Shown here: positions 27,302 to 36,600 of the stretch, piece by piece
Numbering within the stretch: position 1 is the stretch's first letter
Layout of the letters: each line of letters begins with the position of its first letter
Source: Candidatus Spyradocola sp.
Lineage (GTDB): Bacteria > Bacillota > Clostridia > Christensenellales > UBA1750
DNA length: 64,000 bases
NCBI GenBank assembly: GCA_050942925.1
Contig: JBMNOF010000001.1
Coordinates: 69,712 to 133,711, forward strand
Reading direction: 5' to 3'
Position numbers and translations under genes: made by a program
The notes under the pieces: generated by a model
The model's database searches: none
What the model was told of the DNA's origin: nothing
The model's input: the letters and a program-made list of their open reading frames with translations, nothing else

Positions 27302-29833
27302 TTATGCGGTCTCGATGGCCTCGGCAGCCTGCAGCGAGAGCTTCTGCACGGCGGCCTCGCGCATCTTGTACTTGAGGATCTTGCCGGCAGCGTTCATCGG
27401 GAACTCCTGGACGAATTCGACATAGCGCGGCACCTTGTGCTTGGCCATGTGCGTGCGGACGAAATCCTTGATCTCCTCCTCGGTCATGGTCTCACCCTCC
27501 TTGAGGATGACGCACGCCATGATCTCCTCTCCATAGTCCTTGGACGGCACGCCGATGACCTGCACGTCCTTGACCTTGGGATGGGTGTAGATGAAGTCCT
27601 CGATCTCCTTGGGGTAGATGTTCTCGCCGCCGCGGATGATCATGTCCTTGATGCGGCCGGTGATCTTGTAGCGGCCGTTTTCGTCGCGGCGGGCCAGGTC
27701 GCCGGAGTGGAGCCAGCCGTCCTTGTCGATGGCGGCGGCAGTGGCGGTGGGCATCTTGTAGTAGCCTTTCATGATGTTGTAGCCGCGGGCGAGGAACTCG
27801 CCGTCCTTGTTGTCGGGCAGGTCTTCGCCGGTCTCCGGATCGACGACCTTGCACTCCACGCCGAAGATCGGGCCGCCGACGGTGTTGACGCGCACCTCGA
27901 GCGGGTCGGTGATCTTGGACATGGTGGTCGCGGGCGAGGCCTCGGTCTGGCCGTAGGTGATGCAGATCTCCGTCATGTGCATCTTGTCCACGACGTCCTG
28001 CATGACCTTGATCGGGCAGGGGCTGCCGGCCATGATGCCGGTGCGCATGTGGCTGAAGTCCGTCTTTTCAAAGTCCGGGTGCTCGAGCATGGCGATGAAC
28101 ATGGTCGGCACGCCGTGGAAGGCGGTGATCTTCTTTTCGTTGATGCAGTGCAGGCCCTTGCGCGGCGAGAAGGCCGTGATGGGCGACATGGAGGTGCCGT
28201 GCGTCATGGAGGCGGTCATGGCCAGGACCATGCCAAAGCAGTGGAACATGGGCACCTGGATCATCAAGCGGTCCGCGGTGGACAGATCCATGCAGTCGCC
28301 GATGGCCTTGCCGTTATTGACGACGTTGTAGTGCGTGAGCATGACGCCCTTGGGGAAGCCCGTGGTGCCGGAGGTGTACTGCATGTTGCACACGTCGTGC
28401 TTGTCGATGTTCATCGCGCGCAGGTAGACCTCCTGCACGGGCACGCGCTCGGCCATGGACAGCGCCTCCTCCCAGGAGAAGCAGCCCTCCTGCTTGCTTT
28501 CGCAGGTGATGACGTTGCGCAGGAACGGCAGGCGCTTGGCGTGCAGCGGGGTGCGGGGATCGTGCCCCTCGAGCTCCGGGCAGAGCTCCTTGATGATGCC
28601 GACGTAGTCCGAGTCCTTGAACCCGTCGATCATCACCAGCGTGTGCGTGTCGGACTGGCGCAGCAGGTACTCCGCCTCGTGGATCTTGTAGGCGGTGTTG
28701 ACCGTGACCAGCACCGCGCCGATCTTGGTCGTGGCCCAGAAGGTGATGTACCAGGCCGGGACGTTCGTGGCCCAGATGGCCACGTGGTCGCCGCGCTTGA
28801 CACCCATGCCGATGAGCGCGCGGGCGAACTCGTCCACGTCGTCGCGGAACTGGGAGTAGGTGCGCGTATAGTCGAGCTCCGTGTAGTCAAAGCAGATCTG
28901 GTCCGGGAACTCTTCGACCATGCGGTCCAGAACCTGCGGGAAGGTTAGATCGATGAGCTGGTTGTGCGGCCAAACGTACTGGCCCAGCCCCGTGTGCGCC
29001 GTGTAGAGCTTGTGTTCCACCACGGGCTTGTCCAGGTAGGCCTCCATGTAGTGGATGAACTGGGGGAAGACCACGCCCGCGTCGTACATGTCGCGGCTCC
29101 AATAGCGCACCCACTCGAAGGAGACAAAGCCCTCGTAGTTGATGGAGCGCAGCGCCAGCATCATGTCCTCAATGGGCAGATCGCCGTCGCCCATGAGGCG
29201 GTAGACCAGCTTGCCGTCCTTGATGAGGGAGTCCTTGATGTGGACGTGCTTGATGTAGGTGCCCAGGTTCTGCAGGGTCTGCTCCGGGCTCTCGCCCATG
29301 AAGCGGTAGGGATGGTGCATGTCCCACAGCGCCGCGACGTTGTCGGAGGCAAGGTCCGTCAAAAGGTCGCGCAGGCGCTCGGTGTTGGCGTAGACGCCGT
29401 TGGTCTCCACCAGCAGCGTCACCCCGTACTTCTCCGCCTCCGGGATGAGCTCGCGCAGCTGGGACTTGACCGCCTCGTCATCCACCTCGCCGCCGGGCGC
29501 CGCGTCATAGTCGCCCATGACGCGCACATAGGGCGTGTTCAGCCGCGCGGCCATGTGGATGTAGTCCTTTAGCTCCGCAATGTTCGCCTCGCGCTTATCG
29601 GCGAACTTTAGCGCGATGCCGCTGGATAGGCAGGGAATGGATAGTCGCAAATCCGCAAGCGTCCGAACGGTTCGGTCGATTTCTCCCTCCGAGAAAGGCT
29701 GCATGTTGAAGGTCGAAATCTCCTTGCCCAGGCCGCGCACCTCGATGCCGTCAAAGCCGAGGTCCTTTGCCATGGAGTAGATTTCCGACCATTGGAAGTC
29801 CGGACAGCCAACCGTTGAGAATGCGAGTTTCAT
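27302..29833 (-). CDS. Fusion protein: N-terminal xylose-isomerase-like TIM barrel + C-terminal AMP-forming acyl-CoA synthetase/ligase
   Basis: aa 1-~275: MKLAFSTVGCPDF.., ..LLVETNG.., ..ALWDMHH.., ..HVHIKD.., ..FVSFEW... aa ~300-843: adenylate-forming motifs YTSGTTGFPKGVMLTH, ..YGQTE.., ..GWLHSGDLA.., ..GRIKDMIIRGGENIYP.., ..GKILK. A single uninterrupted 843-aa frame. Confidence 0.85.
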   Translation of the reverse strand: MKLAFSTVGCPDFQWSEIYSMAKDLGFDGIEVRGLGKEISTFNMQPFSEGEIDRTVRTLADLRLSIPCLSSGIALKFADKREANIAELKDYIHMAARLNTPYVRVMGDYDAAPGGEVDDEAVKSQLRELIPEAEKYGVTLLVETNGVYANTERLRDLLTDLASDNVAALWDMHHPYRFMGESPEQTLQNLGTYIKHVHIKDSLIKDGKLVYRLMGDGDLPIEDMMLALRSINYEGFVSFEWVRYWSRDMYDAGVVFPQFIHYMEAYLDKPVVEHKLYTAHTGLGQYVWPHNQLIDLTFPQVLDRMVEEFPDQICFDYTELDYTRTYSQFRDDVDEFARALIGMGVKRGDHVAIWATNVPAWYITFWATTKIGAVLVTVNTAYKIHEAEYLLRQSDTHTLVMIDGFKDSDYVGIIKELCPELEGHDPRTPLHAKRLPFLRNVITCESKQEGCFSWEEALSMAERVPVQEVYLRAMNIDKHDVCNMQYTSGTTGFPKGVMLTHYNVVNNGKAIGDCMDLSTADRLMIQVPMFHCFGMVLAMTASMTHGTSMSPITAFSPRKGLHCINEKKITAFHGVPTMFIAMLEHPDFEKTDFSHMRTGIMAGSPCPIKVMQDVVDKMHMTEICITYGQTEASPATTMSKITDPLEVRVNTVGGPIFGVECKVVDPETGEDLPDNKDGEFLARGYNIMKGYYKMPTATAAAIDKDGWLHSGDLARRDENGRYKITGRIKDMIIRGGENIYPKEIEDFIYTHPKVKDVQVIGVPSKDYGEEIMACVILKEGETMTEEEIKDFVRTHMAKHKVPRYVEFVQEFPMNAAGKILKYKMREAAVQKLSLQAAEAIETA

Positions 29834-29911
29834 AGTGTTTTCCTCCTATTTTTCTTGCGGATTTTGCGACAGCGCCCATGCCTGCCTTTGCATGCGCTCT
29901 GTTGAAGTTAT

Positions 29912-29940
29912 ATACTACCTGAAAAGCGCAATATTGTCAA
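29912..29940 (-). promoter_or_regulatory. Candidate promoter of the fusion gene
   Basis: Minus strand: TTGACA, 17 nt, TAGTAT. Confidence 0.55.
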
Positions 29941-29960
29941 GTTTTTTCCTGTTAACTGCA

Positions 29961-29994
29961 TAAAAATACCCGCCCATGCGGATCATGGGCGGGT
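29961..29994 (-). terminator. Intrinsic terminator after the lipoprotein gene
   Basis: ACCCGCCCATG / CATGGGCGGGT stem, then ATTTTTAT on the minus strand. Confidence 0.7.
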
Positions 29995-30101
29995 TGTATG
30001 CGGCGCATATTCACTTTTTCGTCCTTGCCGGCAGCAGGACACACAGGCCGCTCATGGCCAGCATCGCAAAGATCTGGAACTGCCCGCCCGCAGCGCGCCG
30101 A

Positions 30102-31121
30102 TCAGGGCAGGCGCACCTGGACCAGGCGCGGCCCTTCGTCTGTGCTCTCCCAGTAGTAGGCGGTCTCCGCATCCGCGCCCAGCGGAGCGCCGCAGGCCGC
30201 GGGCACGGTAACCGTGCCGACGAGTTCGCCCGAGGATTCGTATCGCCAAAGCGCGCGCTCCGCGGCGGGGAAGGCGAGGCCTTCGTCCACCAGCAGGCCG
30301 TCGCCCGCCGGGCAGAGCAGGGGCCGCGTCTCCGTCGTGCAGAGCGTGCGCACGGCCTGCCCCGATTCCTCCAGCAGCACGACCTCGTAGCCCGTTTCCC
30401 CCTGCCGCACCGCGGCAAGGCCGCCCTCCAGCGGCACGAGGCAGTGCCCGCCCGCGTTCTCGGCGTAGGTCTCACAGGCGCTGCCGTCCGGCCGTACGCG
30501 CACGAGGTCCATCTGCCCGCCCTGGTTCAGCCGCACCTCCGTCAGGTACAGCCAGCCGTCGATCTCCTGGGCGCAGCCGATGTAGCCCTGCCCGTCCTGC
30601 TCGTACAGCGCCGTCGGCGCTTCCTCCGGCTGCCCGCGCGGCACGCGGTAAAAGCCGAACCCCTCCGCGCCCTGCAGGCTGTAGACGATGCTCTCCTCCA
30701 GCATGAGGAAGCAGCGCAGGGTCCCCTCCGTGGAGAGCACGACCTCCGGCGCGCCGCCCGCCGGATCATAGCGCAGGATGCGCCCTCCGTCCCCGGCGTA
30801 GAGCGCGTCCCCGGCGGCGAGCAGGCCGCGCCCGGCCGGAGCGTAGGCGTTGCAGGGATCGGCCAGCGTGCTCTGCTCCATGTGGGCGCAATCGGCGCGG
30901 TTGCAGACGGGGCGGGGCGCCTGCCCTTGGCGCAGTTCGCAGAGATAGGTCCGCGGCCCCGCCTCGCCCGTCTTCGGCAGAAAGGCGTAGAACGCGCCCC
31001 CCACCTGCGCCACGCTCTCGTCCGCGAGGTATCCGTGGGGAATGAACGCCGGTCCGGCCTGCGCGCAGCCGGTCAGCAGCAGGGCGCACAGCGCCGCACA
31101 GAGGATTTTCCGGATACACAT
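30102..31121 (-). CDS. Hypothetical lipoprotein (possibly beta-propeller-like)
   Basis: Lipobox LLLTGC after MCIRKILCAALCA. Repetitive G-D/Y-rich strands (..GDALYAGDGGRILRYDPAGG..). GGAGG RBS before ATG 31121. No family assigned. Confidence 0.55.
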   Translation of the reverse strand: MCIRKILCAALCALLLTGCAQAGPAFIPHGYLADESVAQVGGAFYAFLPKTGEAGPRTYLCELRQGQAPRPVCNRADCAHMEQSTLADPCNAYAPAGRGLLAAGDALYAGDGGRILRYDPAGGAPEVVLSTEGTLRCFLMLEESIVYSLQGAEGFGFYRVPRGQPEEAPTALYEQDGQGYIGCAQEIDGWLYLTEVRLNQGGQMDLVRVRPDGSACETYAENAGGHCLVPLEGGLAAVRQGETGYEVVLLEESGQAVRTLCTTETRPLLCPAGDGLLVDEGLAFPAAERALWRYESSGELVGTVTVPAACGAPLGADAETAYYWESTDEGPRLVQVRLP

Positions 31122-31226
31122 GTGGTTCGCCTCCTTCCGTATAGGAAAAAAGGCACGGCAAAAAGTCGTGCGGCTTTCTGTCGTGCCCAACTCTTGGAAC
31201 GAAATTGAGGAAAACTGAACAGCTAC

Positions 31227-31574
31227 CTACGGCGTAGGCGGCGTGACGGTAATATAGCACCACCACCAGATATCCTCTCCACAGGCCGTGTGGAGAACAT
31301 AACAGGGGTGCCTATGACTGTAACGCCAAATTCTTTCACAATCGTAACAGTAGATTCCAGCGAAACTGTCGTACTTTCGGATTGTACAGGTCCCTCCGCT
31401 GTATTCGTGCGTGGCTTCTTCCACAACAACGCTGTCTCCAAGGCAAACCTCATAGGCATAACTCGACCCACAGTAATGACAGGAAATCAGATTGTTTTCT
31501 GCTGCGGACGCCGCTGGAACAAACACTACCGTCAGAAGAAGCGTCCAGAGAATGAACCAGTAGAATTTTCTCAC
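31227..31574 (-). CDS. Small secreted cysteine-rich protein (hypothetical)
   Basis: 115 aa. Signal peptide ..LLLTVVFVPAASA/AENN. Nine Cys including CHYC and CYDC pairs, and a W-rich C-terminus. Sits in a locally low-GC segment with its own strong promoter. Confidence 0.5.
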   Translation of the reverse strand: MRKFYWFILWTLLLTVVFVPAASAAENNLISCHYCGSSYAYEVCLGDSVVVEEATHEYSGGTCTIRKYDSFAGIYCYDCERIWRYSHRHPCYVLHTACGEDIWWWCYITVTPPTP

Positions 31575-31711
31575 GAAATCCCTCCGTTCTGTTCACGTCG
31601 GTCGATTGGGTGAGCAACTTCTCTATCTCCTTGCGTCGATCGTGCAAGCCTTTTGTTTCACGGTCTGTTCTTCTGTCTTGGCGCACCAATATACTCTTCC
31701 CGGGTGTCTTA

Positions 31712-31740
31712 AGTATACGCTTCTCCCTCTGTTTTGTCAA
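31712..31740 (-). promoter_or_regulatory. Sigma-A-type promoter for the Cys-rich protein gene
   Basis: Minus strand: TTGACA (31740-31735), 17 nt, TATACT (31717-31712). Confidence 0.65.
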
Positions 31741-31783
31741 TAGAAAAGTTACATTTCATTGGCGCTTCATGCGACACAGTCCT

Positions 31784-32530
31784 TCAGAGCAGGGGGCGCA
31801 GGGCCTCGGCCAGGAGCGCGGCGAGGATCTCGTTGCCCTCGTCGGTCGGGTGCAGGCCGTCATAGGTCAGGGCGCGGGCCTCGGGCGGATAGGGGTAGGG
31901 GTCCTTTTCCGGGTCAAAGGGCAGCCCGGCATAGTCGGGATAGGGCAGGTCGCGCACGCCGTCCGCCGTGCGCACGCGCTTGAAGCGCACGGCGTTTTCC
32001 GGGGTGATGCCGCTGCGGCCGTGCAGGTCGAGCGTCGGGACGCCCTCGGCGCGGCAGGCGCCGCAGATGCCGCGGGCGATGCCGGCCAGCGTCTGCCCGT
32101 GCTCGGGCGCGTAACTGCCCGGCGCGTTGTTGTAGGGATCAAAGAGGTAGACGAAGTCGGAGCGCTCCACGGGGTTGCAGACGAGAACGCGCGCCGCGGG
32201 CGCGAGGGCGTGGATGCGGCGGAGCAGGTTGCCGAGGTTCCCCAGGATCGTGCCGGGCTCTCCCGCGCAAAAGGCGGCGCGGTCGCCCAGGGGAATGCCC
32301 TGATGCCAATCATTCGTGCCGAGAAGGATCGTGTACACGTCCGCGGGGGTGAGCGGCGCGGTCAGCCAGTCGCGGGTGGTGGAGCCGTTGATGCCGAGGT
32401 TCACGAGGCGGAGCGGCGGGAGCTTGTCTAGCGTGCGGCTGAGGTAGCCGCGCGCGACGATGTTTCCCGTCTCGTCCAGGTGGTCGTTGAGGTATGTAAA
32501 CGAATCGCCGATGGCGCACCATGTCTGCAT
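31784..32530 (-). CDS. SGNH/GDSL-family hydrolase (esterase/lipase-like)
   Basis: Block I ..WCAIGDSFT.., block II ..NLGINGST.., block III ..LLGTNDW.., block V ..DGLHPTDEG... GGAAGGAGG RBS 8 nt before ATG 32530. No signal peptide seen. Confidence 0.8.
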   Translation of the reverse strand: MQTWCAIGDSFTYLNDHLDETGNIVARGYLSRTLDKLPPLRLVNLGINGSTTRDWLTAPLTPADVYTILLGTNDWHQGIPLGDRAAFCAGEPGTILGNLGNLLRRIHALAPAARVLVCNPVERSDFVYLFDPYNNAPGSYAPEHGQTLAGIARGICGACRAEGVPTLDLHGRSGITPENAVRFKRVRTADGVRDLPYPDYAGLPFDPEKDPYPYPPEARALTYDGLHPTDEGNEILAALLAEALRPLL

Positions 32531-32551
32531 GGAGCGCACCTCCTTCCGAAA

Positions 32552-33661
32552 TCATGGGGCGGCGGCCAAGGCCGTCAGGTTTTTGCACTGGGCATAGATC
32601 TCCGGAAAATGCTCGACGGGCACGGGGACGCCCCACTCGCTCGCGCCGGTCTCGACGGTAAAGGCCGGGATGCCGAGGGTTTCGACGCAGTAGTCCTTGT
32701 AGCCGCCAAAGCTGGTGACCACCAGGTCGTCCTCGAGCGTCAAGCCCGCGTATCCGGTCAGCTTCAAAAAGCGCTGGGCCAGGCGCGCGTCGCGCTTGAG
32801 CGCCTCTCCCTCCTGGAAAAAATACCAATAGAGAATTTCTCCGCGGGAATGGTAGCTGAGGGTGAGAGTCGGGGCATACGCCTCCGTCAGGGCGAGCAGC
32901 GCCTGCGTCTCCGGCTCGCTTTCCGGGGCGGGGCCGGGATAGTGGGCATAGGCCGGGGCCTCCACGCCCTCGATCACGCGCTGGTCCTCCCAATGGGCGT
33001 CAAAATTGCGGTTGAGGTCCACGCCGCGGCCGTTGGCCTTCCAGAGCCGGTGAGAGCGCCCGCTCTGCACGATCAGGCGCTCGACCAGGGCGCGGTCTGC
33101 CGGGTTCTCGATCCAGGCGGCGCCCTCCTGGGCGATGCGCACGCCGTCCGGGTTGGTCATGGGCACAAAGAGGAAGCTCGCCCGCTCGAGCAGCGGGTCG
33201 TACATGTCCTCTCCCAGGTAGTCCTCGATCTGCGCCAAGAGGATCTGCACGTTGATCCACTCCCGCCCGTGCATGCCCGCCTGCACGAGCACGCGCGTGG
33301 ACGCCTCGGGGTTCCCGATCTCCATGGCGTACAGGGGCTGGCCCAGGGCGGAGGAATCGTAGGTGAACAGGCGCGCCTCCTCCGGATGCCGGGCCTGGAG
33401 CGCGGAGAGCTCCGCCTCCATCCTCGCGGGGCTGTAGGTCTGCGCGTCGCGGGACACGATGGGGTCGCTGCGGTTTGCTGGTGTCTGCACGGGAATTTCC
33501 TCCTTGTCCTGCGTCGGGGCCGCAGAGGCGGCGGTCCCGGAGGCGGCCGGCGCATCGGCAGGCGCTGCCGGTGGGGCGGCCGCTGCGCACAGCGCGATGA
33601 GCGCGCCGACGAGCGCGGCGCACAGCGCCCGGCAGAGGGTCTCCCAGAGCTCCTTATGCAA
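32552..33661 (-). CDS. Secreted M14-family zinc carboxypeptidase, gamma-D-glutamyl-meso-DAP peptidase-like
   Basis: N-terminal hydrophobic signal (..LCAALVGALIALCAAAA). M14 motifs ..QAGMHGREW.., ..NPDGV.., ..WKANGRGVDLNRNF.. and ..LSYHSRGE... TTG start at 33661 with a GGGGGA RBS inside the end of the upstream gene (8-nt overlap). Confidence 0.75.
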   Translation of the reverse strand: MHKELWETLCRALCAALVGALIALCAAAAPPAAPADAPAASGTAASAAPTQDKEEIPVQTPANRSDPIVSRDAQTYSPARMEAELSALQARHPEEARLFTYDSSALGQPLYAMEIGNPEASTRVLVQAGMHGREWINVQILLAQIEDYLGEDMYDPLLERASFLFVPMTNPDGVRIAQEGAAWIENPADRALVERLIVQSGRSHRLWKANGRGVDLNRNFDAHWEDQRVIEGVEAPAYAHYPGPAPESEPETQALLALTEAYAPTLTLSYHSRGEILYWYFFQEGEALKRDARLAQRFLKLTGYAGLTLEDDLVVTSFGGYKDYCVETLGIPAFTVETGASEWGVPVPVEHFPEIYAQCKNLTALAAAP

Positions 33662-36600
33662 GCGTCAGGTCCCCCATCACGATGTTGAGGGTGCCTGCGC
33701 TGCCGCGCGCCTCCTCCAGCACAAGGGTCAGCGACTGCGCGCCGCGCAGGTCGATTTCGATCCCTGAGAAGGACGACGTATAGTCGCCCCAACCGGTCGT
33801 ATAGGCCTCTTTGTCGTCTACAAAGACCGTCAGGCGGAAGCTTCCGGACTCTGCGCCGTCGTTCCAATCCTGGTCCGCCGAAACGGTCAGGCGCAGCGCT
33901 TCATAGGCGCCGCCCAGGTCGTACTGCGCTTGGGCGCTTCCCTGCGCGCCCACCGCCTCGCCAATGGCCGAGGACGGCACAAACCAGCCAATGCCGTCGC
34001 AGGTGCGGACCTGGTCCCCGTCCAGGAGCTGGAAGTCGCCGGAGTGGGTGGGGTTCGTCCAGCGGTGCAGGTAGTAATGCGCGGGTTCCTGGGTCGGGGT
34101 GAGGTCCATGAGCGTCTGGGCCAGCGCCCCCTCGTCCGAGCCCTGCGCCTCGTCCGGGCTGGAGGTCGCCACGGGCTGAACGGGGATGCCGATTTCCTTC
34201 GCCAGGTAGGGCAGCCCCATGGCTGCCGCTGCCCCGAGCAACAGCACCAGGAGTACCACCGCGACGATTTTCGCCGGGCCGAAGCGCCGCTTGCGCCGCC
34301 TGCGCGGGGGCGGCGTCTCCTCCTCCGGTTCGGGCGCGGGCGGGGCTTCCTCCGCCGCGGACGGGCGCTCGGAAAAGAGGTCCTGGCGGTAGGGCTCCAG
34401 CAGCAGGCGGAGAATCGTCAGGTTCACATCCTCGTCCTCCGCCTCCGCCGGCAGATCGCCCATGGGGCCCTGGGCAAACGCGCGCTTTTCCTCCTCGCGG
34501 TTGAGCGCGTTAAAGGCGTCGAGGCGCTCCTTCCAGCCCGGCGCGGCGGCGCGCGCCGGGCGGTCGCTCTTCTGCCGTGAGCCGCGGGCCTCGGCCTGCG
34601 CGGCCCCGCGGAGCAGCGACCGCGCCTCCTCCCACTCCTGGGCAACGGGCAGGCGGTCGGAATCGGGAAGCTCCAGGCGGCGCAGGGCGGTTTCGGCATA
34701 GCGCTTGCGGTCCTGCGGCGCGCAGCGGTCCAAGCCCTGGCACAGCTCCAGAAGCGCGCCGCGCATCGCCTGCACGAGGGCGGCGCGGTAGCGCGCAAGC
34801 GGCTCGGCCTCGCCCGCCGCCTCTTGCGGCAGCTCCGCCCACGCCCCGGCCAGCTCGCGCAGGGCGTCCGGCGAGGCGCCGATCTCGGATAGGGCCTGGG
34901 CTTTTTCCTCCCAATCGGGCGCTTCCTCGGCCTGCGGCGGCGCGGGCTTCTCCTCCGGCAGGACGCGCTCCACGGCCGCACAGAGCGCGTCGTACTCGGC
35001 GCAGGGGGCGTTTTCGTACAGGCTCTGGGCCGGGCCGAGGAACTCCCTTGCAAAGAAGCGCGCCCTCTCGCGCAGGACCTTGGGATTGCGCTCGCTCTTG
35101 GATGACGCGGGGTCGAAATAGGGCAGGAACATCTCCCAGCGGGCGCGCAGTTCTTCCCGCAGCTCCGCGCGGAACGCGGAAAGGTCCGCCTCCTCGCCGG
35201 GGGTCTTTTCGGGGAGCTTGCGCAGCGCGTCGATGGCAAAGCGCATGGCCTTGACCGGGTCGCGGCGCAGCTTTTCCCGCTGTGCGCGCAGGGCGGCGAT
35301 ATCGGCGCCGCCCGCGGCCGGTGCGGCCTGCAAAAGGCGATCCGCCGCCGCGCAGACGGCCGCGTACTCGGGACAGGGCGCTGCCGCGTAGAGGTCCTGC
35401 GCCGGGAGCAGGAGCTCCTTTTTCAGCGCGGACGCCTGCTTCTGCCGGTCCTTCCGGCTCGTTCCCTCGTCCTGCAGGCGGGCAAGCTCTCTCTGCCAGC
35501 CCGCGCGCAGGGCCTCCCGCAGCTCCGCGCGGAATTGCGCGAGCTGGGGATCGTCCTGGGGCGTCTCCGGGGGGAGGCTGTGCAACGTATCCACCGCCAG
35601 GTGCAGCGCGACGGGGCTGTCGTGCTCCCTCGAGTCCCAGCGGGCGCGCAGCGCGGTCCAGCCCTCCCCCTCCGGGTTCGGGCCCTCGAGCACGCGCAGG
35701 ACCTCGCCGCAGACCGCGTCAAACGCGGGCGCGCGCCGGCCCTCGTACAGGGCGGAAGCGGGCTCCAGCACCTCCCAGGCAAAGCGGCGGGCGCGGCGCA
35801 CGGCCGCGGCGTCAGCCGGGTCCTCCATGGCAAAGAGCGCCGTCAGGGCCTTCCACCGCTCGTCCAGCTCCGCAAGCCCTGCCTCGCGCTCCGGCCCCGC
35901 CTCCATGCCGCGCAGCGCCTCCACGCGCGCGCGGATTTCCTGTCCGTCGGGGAGCGCATCCACCGCCACCTTGCGCCGGGTATGCGCTTCGGCGGGCTGG
36001 GTGCGGCCGGGCAGGACAAAGGGCTTCCGGGCGGCAGGCTCCGCTTGCTTGGGCGCGGTCTCCCTGCGGCCGGGCAAAACAAAGGGCTTCCGGGCGCCGG
36101 CCGTGGGCTTCTGCGCCGCCTCCGCCGGACTCTCGGGTCCCGGCTGTGCGGGCTTCGGCTGTGCGGGTTCCGGCTCTGCCGGCTCCGGCTGTGCCGGGCG
36201 CGGTTGTGCGAGTTCCGGCTCTGCCGGCTCCGGCTGTGCCGGCTGCGGCGGGGGCGCCGGCTTGGGCGGCTCGGGCACGGCGAGGAGCGCCTGCCGGAGC
36301 GCAGAGAGGGGGCGGGCTTCACCGGATCGCGCCGGGGGGAGCGTGGGCAGCAGGCTCTGCCGCAGGCTCCAGCGCTCGGCGGGGTCGGTGCAGGCGCGCA
36401 GGCGCGCCAAATCCACGGCATAGCGCCGGAACTCCTCGGGCGGGGCGGCCAGAAGCGCGCGGAGCTTGTCGGCCTCCGCGCCGCCGCCCTCGGGCAGGGA
36501 GGCGCAGAGCTCGCGGTTTTCGTAGACCGCGCTCTTGTCCGCGTCGTTCAGCTCCTGGAAGAACGCGAGCGCGCCGGCGGCGTCGCCCCGGCGGAGGGCG

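Noticed and set aside
29871-29897. Inverted repeat GCGCCCATGC..GCATGCGC in the 5' UTR of the TIM-barrel::acyl-CoA-synthetase gene as an operator.
   Set aside because: It is short and imperfect, no regulator gene is nearby, and there is no second copy. Evidence is insufficient.
31191-31783. The low-GC islet (and the AT-rich SBP spacers) as mobile-element remnants.
   Set aside because: No transposase, integrase, inverted terminal repeats, direct target duplications or tRNA attachment site is visible. Only a compositional anomaly can be claimed.
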